From NCBI GenBank assembly GCA_963676545.2, contig CAXXRG010000002.1, forward strand, positions 535,990 to 599,989: DNA of 64,000 nt. The letters run 5' to 3'. A program made the translations under genes and the position numbers. Positions 41,087 through 51,315 of this stretch are shown in pieces. Positions within the stretch are counted from its first letter, which is position 1, and each line of letters opens with the position of its first letter. The notes beneath the pieces are model-generated. The model saw nothing but the letters and a program-made list of their open reading frames with translations, did no database searches and was not told the DNA's origin. The DNA is from an uncultured Martelella sp. (GTDB lineage Bacteria > Pseudomonadota > Alphaproteobacteria > Rhizobiales > Rhizobiaceae).

Positions 41087-42079
41087 ATGCGCGTCACAGT
41101 CTTTTCGGCCAAGCCCTATGACGAGGAATTCCTCAAAGCCGCCAATGAAGGGCGTCATGACCTGGTTTTCACCGAGGCGCCGCTGCAAGCCCCGACAGCA
41201 AAGCTCGCCGCCGGTTCGAAGGCCGTCTGCGCTTTCGTCAATGACGATCTCGGCGCCTCGACTCTTTCGGAGCTGAAGGAGGCGGGCGTCAGGCTTGTCG
41301 CGCTCAGATGCGCCGGTTTCAACCGGCTCGATCTGACGACCGCCGATCATCTGCAGATGGCGACGGCCCGTGTGCCCTCCTATTCGCCCTATGCCATTGC
41401 CGAACACACGCTGGCGCTGGTGATGACGCTGAACCGCAAGATCCATCGCGCCTATAACCGGGTGCGGGAAGGCAATTTCGCGCTCAACGGGCTTCTGGGC
41501 TTCGACCTGCACGGCAAGACGGTGGGCGTGGTCGGGACCGGCGGGATCGGCCGCAATGTGATGCGGGCCTTTTCCGGCTTCGGCTGCAAGATCCTCGCCT
41601 TCGACCCCTATCCCAATGACGAGGCCATCGCGCTCGGCGCGCGCTATGTCGACAAGGACGAATTGCTGGAGCGTTCCGAGATCATCACGCTGCACTGCCC
41701 GCTGACACCGGAGACGCGGCATTTCATCGACGAGACGGCCATTAACGCCATGCAGCGCTGCAAGATGCTGGTCAATACGAGCCGCGGCGGCGTCATCGAT
41801 ACGCTTGCCGTCATCGACGGACTGAAATCGGGGCGAATCGGCGCTCTGGCGCTCGATGTCTATGAGGAAGAGGAGGACCTCTTCTTCCGTGATCTCTCCT
41901 CCACGGTCATCCGCGACGATATTTTCGCCCGGCTCCTGACTTTTCCGAATGTGCTGATCACCGGCCACCAGGGTTTCTTCACCGAGGAGGCGCTCTACAA
42001 CATCGCCCACACCACGATCGCCAACATCACCGCCTTTGAGGAAAAGGGAACAGCGCTGCATCCGATCGAGAGGCGCTAA
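41087..42079 (+). CDS. ldhA: D-2-hydroxyacid dehydrogenase (D-lactate dehydrogenase type)
   Basis: [50 protein letters not shown]. Confidence 0.85.
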   Translation: MRVTVFSAKPYDEEFLKAANEGRHDLVFTEAPLQAPTAKLAAGSKAVCAFVNDDLGASTLSELKEAGVRLVALRCAGFNRLDLTTADHLQMATARVPSYSPYAIAEHTLALVMTLNRKIHRAYNRVREGNFALNGLLGFDLHGKTVGVVGTGGIGRNVMRAFSGFGCKILAFDPYPNDEAIALGARYVDKDELLERSEIITLHCPLTPETRHFIDETAINAMQRCKMLVNTSRGGVIDTLAVIDGLKSGRIGALALDVYEEEEDLFFRDLSSTVIRDDIFARLLTFPNVLITGHQGFFTEEALYNIAHTTIANITAFEEKGTALHPIERR

Positions 42080-42966
42080 CCCTTCTGGCAGGCGGGGCAG
42101 TAAAAGGTGGAGCGGCCGGACTGGACGGCGCGCGCAATCGTGCCGTCGCAGTCGGCGTGCGGGCAGGGCGCGCCGGTGCGGTCGTAGACGGAAAATGAAT
42201 GCTGGAAATAGCCGAGTGTGCCATCGGTCTTGCGGTGGTCGCGCAGCGTCGAGCCGCCGGCCTCGATGGCCTCGGCAATGACGGCGCGGATTGCGGGAAC
42301 CAGGGTTTTCAGACCTTCCTTTGGCTTGCCCGTCGGCGTAACGAGATGGCCGGCAGCCCGGAAGGGCGAAAGTCGCGCTCGCCACAAGGCCTCGCAGACA
42401 TAGATATTGCCGAGGCCGGCGATATTGCGCTGGTCGAGCAGCGCCGACTTGATGGGCTGAGCCTTGCCGGTAAAGCGCGCGGCGAGGAGATCGGCATCGA
42501 GACTGTTGCCTGTCGGCTCCGGACCAAGGCCGGCAAAGCTCGGCTCCTTCTCCAGGTCGGCCTTCCTCGCAATCTTGATGAAGCCGAAGCGGCGCGGGTC
42601 ATTATAGACAACACGGCGCGCGGGCGTTCCGGCCAGTTCGATGACCACATGGTCGTGCAGGGCGTTGACGCTTCGCGGCGCGTGGAACCGTCCCGGAAGA
42701 TGGCTGTCGTCGCTTTCCTCCACTCGCCAGGAGCCCGACATGCCGAGATGGGCGATAATGGTCATGCCGTCATCGAGATCGATCAGCAGATATTTGGCCC
42801 GCCGCCCCAGTGCGACAATGGTCCTCTTTTCCACAGTCTCGACAAGGTTTTCGGGAAAGGGAAAGCGAAGATCGGCGCGGTTGAGAATGAGTTTCTCGAT
42901 GCGGCGGCCCTCCATGGCAGGCGCCAGTCCACGGCGGACGGTTTCGACTTCGGGCAGTTCCGGCAT
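42076..42966 (-). CDS. mutM: Formamidopyrimidine-DNA glycosylase
   Basis: [32 protein letters not shown]-terminal Zn finger [10 protein letters not shown]. Confidence 0.97.
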   Translation of the reverse strand: MPELPEVETVRRGLAPAMEGRRIEKLILNRADLRFPFPENLVETVEKRTIVALGRRAKYLLIDLDDGMTIIAHLGMSGSWRVEESDDSHLPGRFHAPRSVNALHDHVVIELAGTPARRVVYNDPRRFGFIKIARKADLEKEPSFAGLGPEPTGNSLDADLLAARFTGKAQPIKSALLDQRNIAGLGNIYVCEALWRARLSPFRAAGHLVTPTGKPKEGLKTLVPAIRAVIAEAIEAGGSTLRDHRKTDGTLGYFQHSFSVYDRTGAPCPHADCDGTIARAVQSGRSTFYCPACQKG

Positions 42967-43106
42967 CTTATTTTAAGCCTTTGGCGTTTCGCTTTATTCC
43001 GTTTCGGTTTATAGCCGCACTGTCGGCGGGCGGCAGCAATAGCGCAAGGCTTCGGCTTTCGCTATGGTCGCCTCGAAAATCACTCGGGTAACAGATAGGT
43101 GCGAAC

Positions 43107-43883
43107 ATGGCGGAAAGCCGGACCGGCGCAAACGGCGGCATGGAAACCTCCTTCGGTTTCAGGGATGTGGCCGATGGCGAAAAGCAGCCGCTCGTCAACG
43201 ACGTGTTTCACAAGGTCGCCAAACGCTATGACATGATGAACGATCTGATGTCGGTGGGCCTGCACCGCGCCTGGAAGGATGGCATGGTGAGCGCGCTCAA
43301 CCCGCAGCCGAACCCGGATTACCGCGTGCTCGACGTTGCGGGCGGCACGGGCGACATTGCATTTCGCATCGTGAAAGCCTCGCATAATCTGGCGAAGGCC
43401 ACCGTTCTCGACATCAACGGCTCGATGCTTGCCGTCGGCGAGGAGCGGGCGGCCAAGAAGGGGATTTCGGACAATCTCACCTTCGTCGAGGCCAATGCCG
43501 AGGAGCTGCCCTTCGACGACAAAAGCTTCGATGCCTATACGATCGCCTTCGGCATCCGCAACGTGCCGCATATCGACAAGGCATTGGCCGAAGCCTACCG
43601 CGTCTTGAAGCGCGGCGGCCGTCTTCTCGTGCTGGAATTTTCCGAGGTCGAGGCGCCGATCCTCGACAAGGTCTACGAGGCCTGGTCCTTCCATGCCATT
43701 CCGCTGGTCGGCAAGGCGGTTGCCGGCGACGGCGAGCCCTACCGGTACCTGGTCGAATCGATCCGCAAATTCCCGAGCCAGACGGATTTTGCCGCCATGA
43801 TCGAGCGCGCCGGTTTCTCGCGCGTCAAGTTCACCAATTATTCGGGCGGCATTGCTGCCCTTCACTCCGGCTGGAAGCTTTAG
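43107..43883 (+). CDS. ubiE: Ubiquinone/menaquinone C-methyltransferase
   Basis: [39 protein letters not shown]. Confidence 0.96.
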   Translation: MAESRTGANGGMETSFGFRDVADGEKQPLVNDVFHKVAKRYDMMNDLMSVGLHRAWKDGMVSALNPQPNPDYRVLDVAGGTGDIAFRIVKASHNLAKATVLDINGSMLAVGEERAAKKGISDNLTFVEANAEELPFDDKSFDAYTIAFGIRNVPHIDKALAEAYRVLKRGGRLLVLEFSEVEAPILDKVYEAWSFHAIPLVGKAVAGDGEPYRYLVESIRKFPSQTDFAAMIERAGFSRVKFTNYSGGIAALHSGWKL

Positions 43884-43892
43884 GCACGGCTC

Positions 43893-45482
43893 ATGGGCGC
43901 GTTACGATCCTATTTCAATCTGCTCGGCGTTGGCTGGGTGCTGGCCCGCGAAGGCGTGATCAACGCGCTGCCGTCGGAAGGCCTGCCGGCCTATGCGCGG
44001 CTGGTGAAGGCGCTGCTGGTGCCGTTCGCCCGGCCGAGCGCGCGCAAGAAGGACCGTTCCGACCGGCTTTCCAAGGCAATTTCGCGGCTCGGTCCGTCCT
44101 ATGTGAAGATGGGCCAGTTTCTGGCGACCCGTCCCGATGTGGTCGGCGACGGCTTTGCCAATGATCTGGCGCAGCTGCAGGACCGCATGCCGTTCTTCTC
44201 GGTGGAGGCGTCGAAGTCCACCATCCGCAATTCGCTCGGTCGCCCTGTGGAGGAGCTCTATGCATCCTTTGGCGATCCGATCGCGGCCGCCTCGATTGCC
44301 CAGGTGCATCCGGCGGAAGTGATGGAGCGCGACGGTCGCCGGCAGAAGGTTGCCGTGAAGGTGATCCGCCCCGGCATCCGCCAGCGCTTCCAGGAAGATC
44401 TCGGCGCGATGTATCTGGTCTCGCGCATGCAGGAGCGGTTCATCCGCTCCAGCCGGCGGCTGCGTCCGGTTGATATCACCCGCACGCTGGAGCAGACCAC
44501 CAAGATCGAGATGGATCTGCGGCTCGAGGCGGCGGCCATCTCCGAAATGACGGAGAATACGGCTGATGATCCGGGCTTCCGCCTGCCCAAGGTGGACTGG
44601 GAGCGCACCGGCCGCGATGTCGTCACCATGGAATGGATCGACGGCGTCAAGATGTCGGACCTCGAGGGTCTGAAGAGGGCCGGTCACAATCTTGAGGAAC
44701 TGGCGGTCACGCTGATCCAGTCCTTCCTGCGCCACACGCTGCGCGACGGGTTCTTCCATGCCGACATGCATCCCGGCAATCTCTTCGTCGACAATGACGG
44801 CATGATTGTCGCGGTCGACATGGGCATTGTCGGCCGGCTCGGAAAGAAGGAACGGCGGGTTCTGGCCGAAATCCTCTACGGTTTCATCACCCGCGATTAC
44901 ATGCGCGTGGCGGAAGCCCATTTCGAGGCGGGCTATGTTCCCGCGCATCACAACAAGGCATCCTTCGCCCAGGCGATCCGCGCCATCGGCGAGCCGATCC
45001 ACGGCCAGTCGGCCGAGACGATCTCCATGGGCAAGCTGTTGACGCTGTTGTTCGAGATCACCGAGATCTTCGAGATGTCGACGCAGACGCAGCTCATCAA
45101 CCTGCAGAAGACCATGGTGGTGGTCGAGGGCGTGTCGCGCATGCTCGATCCGCATTTCAACATGTGGAAGGCCTCCGAGCCGGTGGTCGGCAAGTGGATC
45201 GAGGAGAACCTCGGGCCGAAACGCGTTCTCGCGGATATGCGCGAGGGCCTGCGCGCGGCGCTGAAGCTGGCCGAGGCTGTGCCGGAAATTGCCGACAAGA
45301 CCGAGAAATTCCACAATGAAATCATCGCCATGAGCGAGAAGGGCCTGCGCTTCGACGAGGCGACTGCCGAGGCGATCGGTCGTGCCGAAGCGCGGCATAC
45401 GCGCTCGGGCCGGGTGGCGCTGTGGCTGATTGCGGCGGTGATGATCTACATCGCCGTGGTGGCTTCGGTGGCGATCTTTTGA
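43893..45482 (+). CDS. ubiB: Ubiquinone biosynthesis kinase-like protein
   Basis: LGPSYVKMGQFLATRPD, AASIAQVH, VAVKV, FFHADMHPGN. Confidence 0.95.
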   Translation: MGALRSYFNLLGVGWVLAREGVINALPSEGLPAYARLVKALLVPFARPSARKKDRSDRLSKAISRLGPSYVKMGQFLATRPDVVGDGFANDLAQLQDRMPFFSVEASKSTIRNSLGRPVEELYASFGDPIAAASIAQVHPAEVMERDGRRQKVAVKVIRPGIRQRFQEDLGAMYLVSRMQERFIRSSRRLRPVDITRTLEQTTKIEMDLRLEAAAISEMTENTADDPGFRLPKVDWERTGRDVVTMEWIDGVKMSDLEGLKRAGHNLEELAVTLIQSFLRHTLRDGFFHADMHPGNLFVDNDGMIVAVDMGIVGRLGKKERRVLAEILYGFITRDYMRVAEAHFEAGYVPAHHNKASFAQAIRAIGEPIHGQSAETISMGKLLTLLFEITEIFEMSTQTQLINLQKTMVVVEGVSRMLDPHFNMWKASEPVVGKWIEENLGPKRVLADMREGLRAALKLAEAVPEIADKTEKFHNEIIAMSEKGLRFDEATAEAIGRAEARHTRSGRVALWLIAAVMIYIAVVASVAIF

Positions 45483-45584
45483 TGGCGGCGTGTTCTTTCG
45501 GCGCGGCGGCGTTTCTCTGCCACCTACATGATTTGGTTCAATCTTGCCCTGGCGAGGTTTTTGCGGCCTTTTCTCCCTCCGCAG

Positions 45585-45614
45585 CGTCATCCTCGGGCTT
45601 GACCCGAGGATCCA
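45585..45614 (+). repeat. CGTC-tagged REP, copy 10 (forward)
   Basis: CGTCATCCTCGGGCTTGACCCGAGGATCCA (consensus). Confidence 0.95.
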
Positions 45615-45707
45615 ATCACCTCTCTTTGCGATCGGCGTATCGGTCGCACCGCCATATTGCGCCGTCGAGCTCGAACAAACCCGCGTTGCTGCTGTGGTTT
45701 GCGGGGT

Positions 45708-45737
45708 TGGATCCTCGGGTCAAGCCCGAGGATGACG
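45708..45737 (-). repeat. CGTC-tagged REP, copy 11 (reverse; doublet with copy 10)
   Basis: TGGATCCTCGGGTCAAGCCCGAGGATGACG. Confidence 0.95.
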
Positions 45738-45880
45738 CCAAGGGCGGGGAGGGGCAAAGCATACCGCCAGCACGGCGGCAAAGCGCGGCTGAATGCCGAC
45801 AAGAGCCGCATAGCCCCCTCAAGTGGGGAGATTGAGGGAAACCTTTTCCGCTTCTCCCTCCAATCAACGGAGCAAAACTG

Positions 45881-47176
45881 ATGCGTATCGGCGGGCGTCT
45901 TCAAGGCGCAATCGAAATTCTGGCGGATGTTGAAGAGCGGCGGCGGCCGATTGCCAATGCGCTGAAGGACTGGGGCACGACGCATCGTTTTGCCGGGTCC
46001 GGCGATCGCGCGGCGATCGGTAACATCGTCTATGACGCGCTGCGGCTGAAGCTGTCGCACGCCTGGCTCATGGATGACGATAGCCCGGCAGCGCTTGCCC
46101 ATGCCGTTCTTTTCCGCCAGTGGGGCATCTCGCCCGAGACACTGGCCGAACGGCTGGACGGTGACAAATTCGCGCCCGAGCCCTTGTCCGAAGCCGCCCT
46201 GAAGGCCTTTGCCAGCCGCGATCTCGCCGATGCCCCGGATGACGTGCGCGGCGATCTGCCCGCGTGGATCTTGCCAGCCTTCAAGCAGAATTTCGGCGAG
46301 AACTGGCTGGCTGAGGCCGAAGCGCTGAACCTGCGCCCGCCGCTGGACCTGCGCGTCAACACGCTGAAGGCTACGCGGGAAAAGGTGCTGAAGGCGCTTT
46401 CCCGCTCGGGGGCGGGCGAGGGCGGTATCGCGCCCGAGGCCGTGCGCGTTCCGCCCGGAAGCGGGCCGGATCGTCTGCCCAATGTCACCGCCGAGCTTTC
46501 CTTCCAGAAGGGTTGGTTCGAAGTGCAGGATCAGGGCTCGCAGATCGTGGCGAAACTGGTCGGCGCGAAGGCCGGCGACCAGGCGCTTGATTTCTGCGCG
46601 GGCGGCGGCGGCAAGACGCTGGCGCTTGCAGCCGCGATGGAGAATGCCGGGCAGGTCCACGCCTATGACGCCGACCGCACCCGGCTTGCGCCGATCATCG
46701 AGCGGTTGAAACGGGCCGGCACGCGCAATGTGCAGGTTCATGATGCGTTGGAAGGGCTTGCCGGCCTCGAGGCGCGGTTCGACCATGTTCTGGTGGATGC
46801 GCCCTGCACGGGCACCGGCACATGGCGCCGCCGACCGGACATCAAATGGCGGCTTTCGGAGAAGAACCTCGAGGAGCGCACTGCCCAGCAGGCCGAGGTG
46901 CTGACGGATGCCGCGCGCTTCGTCAAGCCGGGCGGACATCTGGTCTATGTCACCTGTTCGCTTCTGCCGGCGGAAAACCAGGATCAGATCACGCGGTTTC
47001 TGCTGAGCGAGACCGGCAGCGGCTTCGCCGCCGTCGACATGAAAACCGTTTGGCCCGCCGTGTTTCCAGGCGTCGAGGCACGGCCTCATATCTCCGGCGC
47101 AGGCTTTGCCACGCTGACGCCCGCGGCAACCGGCACGGACGGTTTCTTCTGTGCGATTTTGGCACGGAAATCCTGA
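45881..47176 (+). CDS. RsmB/NOP-family RNA m5C methyltransferase
   Basis: LRVNTLK, QDQGSQ, DFCAGGGGKT, VDAPCTGTGTWRRRPD, YVTCS. Confidence 0.92.
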   Translation: MRIGGRLQGAIEILADVEERRRPIANALKDWGTTHRFAGSGDRAAIGNIVYDALRLKLSHAWLMDDDSPAALAHAVLFRQWGISPETLAERLDGDKFAPEPLSEAALKAFASRDLADAPDDVRGDLPAWILPAFKQNFGENWLAEAEALNLRPPLDLRVNTLKATREKVLKALSRSGAGEGGIAPEAVRVPPGSGPDRLPNVTAELSFQKGWFEVQDQGSQIVAKLVGAKAGDQALDFCAGGGGKTLALAAAMENAGQVHAYDADRTRLAPIIERLKRAGTRNVQVHDALEGLAGLEARFDHVLVDAPCTGTGTWRRRPDIKWRLSEKNLEERTAQQAEVLTDAARFVKPGGHLVYVTCSLLPAENQDQITRFLLSETGSGFAAVDMKTVWPAVFPGVEARPHISGAGFATLTPAATGTDGFFCAILARKS

Positions 47177-47227
47177 ATTCGGCGCCTCGCCTTGACGATC
47201 ATCAAGGCTGGGATTCGGCCTTTCTGC

Positions 47228-47245
47228 TTATTGATCATTCAATAA
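47228..47245. promoter_or_regulatory. Perfect inverted repeat upstream of imelysin operon
   Basis: TTATTGA-TCAT-TCAATAA in an AT-rich promoter region. Confidence 0.5.
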
Positions 47246-47327
47246 CTGGATTATTTGACACAAGTTTGTTTTTCCTTCATGTAGGCCGCGATCAACCAAG
47301 CGTGAACTCATTGAAGGAGAGGGATTC

Positions 47328-48614
47328 ATGAACCGCACGACAACCATGCGCGTTGCGCTTTCCGCTTTTGCGGCCTCGACCGTTCTTGCGGCCATGCCGG
47401 CTTTTGCGGCGGACGTGACGCCGGAAGACGTCGTCAAGCATTATGCCGATGTCGCCCATGCCAAATATCAGGACAGCCTGACCACGGCGCAGGAACTCGA
47501 CAAGGCAATCCAGGCCTTCATCGAAGCTCCGAGCGAAGAGACGCAGGCTGCTGCCAAGGAAGCATGGATCGCCGCGCGCGTTCCCTATCAGCAGACCGAA
47601 GTCTATCGCTTCGGCAATCCGGCCGTTGACGACTGGGAAGGCAAGGTCAATGCCTGGCCGCTGGACGAAGGCCTGATCGACTATGTCGATGCCTCCTACG
47701 GCATGGAAAGCGACGAGAACACGCTCTACACGGCCAATGTGATTGCCAATCCCGAAATCGAGATCAATGGCGAGACGGTCGATGCCAGCGAGATCACGCC
47801 GGACCTTCTGGCCAACACGCTGCATGAGGCCGGCGGCATCGAAGCCAATGTCGCAACCGGCTATCACGCCATCGAATTCCTGCTCTGGGGCCAGGATCTG
47901 AACGGTACGGACGCCGGCGCGGGTCAACGTTCCTACACGGATTACCTTTCGGGCGAGGATTGCACCAACGGTCATTGCGACCGTCGTGCCGAATATCTCG
48001 CGGCTGCTTCCGAACTGCTGATTGCCGATCTCGAAGATATCGTTGCCGCCTGGGAAGAGGGCGGCGAAGCCTACACCTATGTGACCGAGGATCCGACACG
48101 CGGCGTGGCCGCCATCCTGACGGGCATGGGCTCGCTCTCCTACGGTGAGCTTGCCGGTGAACGCATGAAGCTCGGTCTTCTGCTGCATGATCCGGAAGAA
48201 GAGCATGATTGCTTCTCCGACAATACCCATGCCTCGCACCTCAATGATGTCATCGGCATCCTGCAGGCCTATACGGGCGACTATGTCCGCGTTGACGGCA
48301 CGGAAATGTCCGGCGCTTCGGTTTCCGATCTGGTTGCCGCCAACGATCCGGCGCTCGATGAGGAGATCAAGGCCAAGCTCACCGAGACGGTTGCCGCCAT
48401 GGAAGCCATGGCGACGCGCGCCGAGACTGTCGAGGCCTATGACCAGATGATCGGCGAAGGTAATGAAGAAGGCAACGCCACGGTGCAGGCCGCCATCGAC
48501 GGCCTGATCGCGCAGACGCCGTCGATCGAGCGCGCCATTGCAACGCTGGAACTCGGCCAGATTGAACTGGAAGGTTCCGACAGCCTGGACAATCCGAACG
48601 CTGTCTTCCAGTAA
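47328..48614 (+). CDS. Imelysin/IrpA-family periplasmic protein
   Basis: Signal peptide; VNAWPLDEGLIDYV, GYHAIEFLLWGQD, ELAGERM, EHDCFSDNT. Confidence 0.9.
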   Translation: MNRTTTMRVALSAFAASTVLAAMPAFAADVTPEDVVKHYADVAHAKYQDSLTTAQELDKAIQAFIEAPSEETQAAAKEAWIAARVPYQQTEVYRFGNPAVDDWEGKVNAWPLDEGLIDYVDASYGMESDENTLYTANVIANPEIEINGETVDASEITPDLLANTLHEAGGIEANVATGYHAIEFLLWGQDLNGTDAGAGQRSYTDYLSGEDCTNGHCDRRAEYLAAASELLIADLEDIVAAWEEGGEAYTYVTEDPTRGVAAILTGMGSLSYGELAGERMKLGLLLHDPEEEHDCFSDNTHASHLNDVIGILQAYTGDYVRVDGTEMSGASVSDLVAANDPALDEEIKAKLTETVAAMEAMATRAETVEAYDQMIGEGNEEGNATVQAAIDGLIAQTPSIERAIATLELGQIELEGSDSLDNPNAVFQ

Positions 48615-48677
48615 GAACGATGATAGCGGGTCTTGCCGGAGTTGCAGGGCCCGCATTGCCCCTGGACGTGAAAGACC

Positions 48678-50207
48678 ATGACGATGCGGTATTCGAGAAC
48701 TCTTCCGTTGGCGGCGCTTGCCGCCTTGTTCGGTTTTGCGGCTCTGGCTCAGGACTGGCCATTGCCGGAGACGCGCGACGATCTCGACGCCAAGGACAAG
48801 GCCCGCGTTGAAAAGGTCACCGAGCCGACCGATGATTTCTCCAGGGCCGAGCAGTTCGAAACCATGCAGGGCGGCGCGGCGACCACCAAGGCGACCGTCA
48901 ACCGCGATGTGTTTTCCAAGTCCTCCGCCAATATCACCTTCGCCGAGGAAGAGACGTTCAAGCTCGGCAATGCGCTGTTTCGCAAATTCTGGGTTTCCTC
49001 GCCATCTTCGACGCAAGCCTCCGACGGGCTCGGTCCGCTATTCAACGCGCGCTCCTGCCAGAGCTGTCACCTGAAGGACGGGCGCGGCCATCCGCCGGAA
49101 GGCGACAGCGATGCCACCTCGATGTTCCTGCGTCTGGCGCGGCCCGCCCGCACGCCGGAGGAGCAGGCGCGCATCGACAGTTATGAGACAATCAATTTTC
49201 CCGACGAAGTCTATGGCGGTCAGTTCCAGGATTTCGCCGTGCCGGGCCTTGAAGCCGAAGGCCATATGAAGATCGATTATACGGAAAAGCCGGTGACGCT
49301 CGGCGACGGCACGGTCGTATCGCTGCGCGAGCCGACCTACAGCGTGACCGATCTCGCCTATGGCCCGATGGGCGAGGACACGACGCTTTCGCCGCGTATT
49401 GCCAACCAGATGATCGGCATGGGGCTGATCCAGGCAATCCATCCGGCGGATATCCTGTCTCAGGCCGATCCCGATGACGCGGACGGCGACGGCATCTCCG
49501 GACGTCCGGCAATCGTCAGCGATCACAGGACCGGCGAGGTCAAGCTCGGCCGCTTTGGCTGGAAGGCGCAGAATGCCACCGTGCGCGACCAGTCCTCGGG
49601 CGCCTTTTCCGGCGACATCGGCATTTCCTCACCCGATGCGCCAAACCACTGGGGCGATTGCTCCGAGGCGGAAGCCGCCTGCCTCGACATGCCGCACGGC
49701 GCTCAGGCGCGGCTTGGCGATACCGAAGCGCCCGACCCGGTGATGGAACTCGTCACCTTCTATTCGGAAAACCTCGCCGTGCCCGCCCGGCGCGATGTCG
49801 ATGATCCTGAGGTCTTGCGCGGCAAGCAGGTGTTCTACGAGGCCGGTTGCACGTCCTGCCATACGCCGAAATACGTCACCAGCCGCGATGCGGAAAATGC
49901 CGCGCATCGCTTCCAGCTGATCTGGCCCTATTCCGATTTCCTGCTGCATGACATGGGCGAGGGGCTTGCCGACCATCAGCAGGTCGGCGTTGCCGATGGC
50001 TATGAATGGCGCACCGCGCCGCTCTGGGGCACGGGGCTGACGGAGGTTGTCAGCGGCCACTCCTTCTTCCTGCATGACGGTCGGGCGCGCAACCGCACCG
50101 AGGCGATCCTCTGGCATGGCGGCGAGGCTGAAGAGGCGCGCGACAATTTCGCCAATGCCTCGAAAGAAGACCGGGACGCGCTGATCACGTTTTTGAAATC
50201 GCTGTGA
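48678..50207 (+). CDS. Di-heme oxidoreductase family protein
   Basis: Two CxxCH motifs (CQSCH, CTSCH), GLGPLFN, GRFGWKA, LHDGRAR. Confidence 0.9.
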   Translation: MTMRYSRTLPLAALAALFGFAALAQDWPLPETRDDLDAKDKARVEKVTEPTDDFSRAEQFETMQGGAATTKATVNRDVFSKSSANITFAEEETFKLGNALFRKFWVSSPSSTQASDGLGPLFNARSCQSCHLKDGRGHPPEGDSDATSMFLRLARPARTPEEQARIDSYETINFPDEVYGGQFQDFAVPGLEAEGHMKIDYTEKPVTLGDGTVVSLREPTYSVTDLAYGPMGEDTTLSPRIANQMIGMGLIQAIHPADILSQADPDDADGDGISGRPAIVSDHRTGEVKLGRFGWKAQNATVRDQSSGAFSGDIGISSPDAPNHWGDCSEAEAACLDMPHGAQARLGDTEAPDPVMELVTFYSENLAVPARRDVDDPEVLRGKQVFYEAGCTSCHTPKYVTSRDAENAAHRFQLIWPYSDFLLHDMGEGLADHQQVGVADGYEWRTAPLWGTGLTEVVSGHSFFLHDGRARNRTEAILWHGGEAEEARDNFANASKEDRDALITFLKSL

Positions 50208-51310
50208 GAAATGAGGTCGCTGTGAGACATTTTGCCGGAACCGCTTTCGCCGTCCTTCTCGCTTTGCCGCTTGGCGCGGGCAGCGCCCGGGCGATGAACG
50301 AGGAGGCGGTGCCGATGGTGCTTGAAAACGCTGTCGATAACTTTATTCGCCCCGGTTATCAGGCCTTCGCGCAGGCTTCCGGCGCCATGGCCTCGGCAAT
50401 GGGCGCCTTCTGCGCCACGCCCGATGCGGCGACCTATGGCGAGGCGACGGCGGCTTTTGATGATCTCGTCGGTGCCTGGTCGCATATCGAGATCGTGCGC
50501 ACGGGACCGGTGATAGATGACCATCGGTTCGAGCGCATTCTGTTTTATCCCGACCGCAAGAGCATTGGTCTGAAACAGGTGCAGGCTGCGATTATCGAGC
50601 AGGATGAAACGGCCACCGACCCGGACGACCTGCCGGAAAAAAGCGTTGCCATGCAGGGGCTGCTGGCGCTCGAATTCGTGCTCTTCGGCACGCAATACGA
50701 AACCATGTTCGATGTGCCAGAGAGCTATCGCTGCCGCTATGGTGCCGCGATTGCCGAGAATATCGACAGCATCGCCGGCGAATTGTCGGAAGAATGGGAC
50801 GCGCCGGATGGCGTTGCAGCGCACTGGAAGAACCCCGGTCCGGACAATCCGCTGTTCCGTACGAATGACGAGGCGCTGACGGCGCTGCTCGGCGTGCTGG
50901 TGCATGGCATGGAGGCGGTGCGTGACCAACGGATCGAATATTTCTATCGCGGCGAGGAGGGCCCGAATATCCCCACCCGCGCAATCTACTGGCGATCGCA
51001 AAATACCTGGCCTTCGATCCTCGACAATCTTGCGGGCTTGCAGGCGCTCCTGAACAATTCGGAGATGGTTGATCTGCTGGATGATGACGCGCGCTCCATC
51101 GTCTCCTCGATCAACTTCCTGTTTTCCTCGGTCGAGGGCGTGGTTGGCGACATGAACCCGGATATCGAGGTCGTGCTCTCCGATCCCGACCAGCTGGCCA
51201 AGCTTGATTACCTGCTGATCAACACCAAGGATCTGATTCTGCGGCTCAATGACCGCTATGGCGGCGCGATCGGCCTTGGCGCAGGCTTCTCCTTCTCGGA
51301 CGGGGACTGA
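50204..51310 (+). CDS. Second imelysin-family protein
   Basis: ILFYPDRK, QGLLALEFVLF, GLGAGFSFSDGD C-terminus. Confidence 0.85.
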   Translation: MRNEVAVRHFAGTAFAVLLALPLGAGSARAMNEEAVPMVLENAVDNFIRPGYQAFAQASGAMASAMGAFCATPDAATYGEATAAFDDLVGAWSHIEIVRTGPVIDDHRFERILFYPDRKSIGLKQVQAAIIEQDETATDPDDLPEKSVAMQGLLALEFVLFGTQYETMFDVPESYRCRYGAAIAENIDSIAGELSEEWDAPDGVAAHWKNPGPDNPLFRTNDEALTALLGVLVHGMEAVRDQRIEYFYRGEEGPNIPTRAIYWRSQNTWPSILDNLAGLQALLNNSEMVDLLDDDARSIVSSINFLFSSVEGVVGDMNPDIEVVLSDPDQLAKLDYLLINTKDLILRLNDRYGGAIGLGAGFSFSDGD

Positions 51311-51315
51311 CGCGT

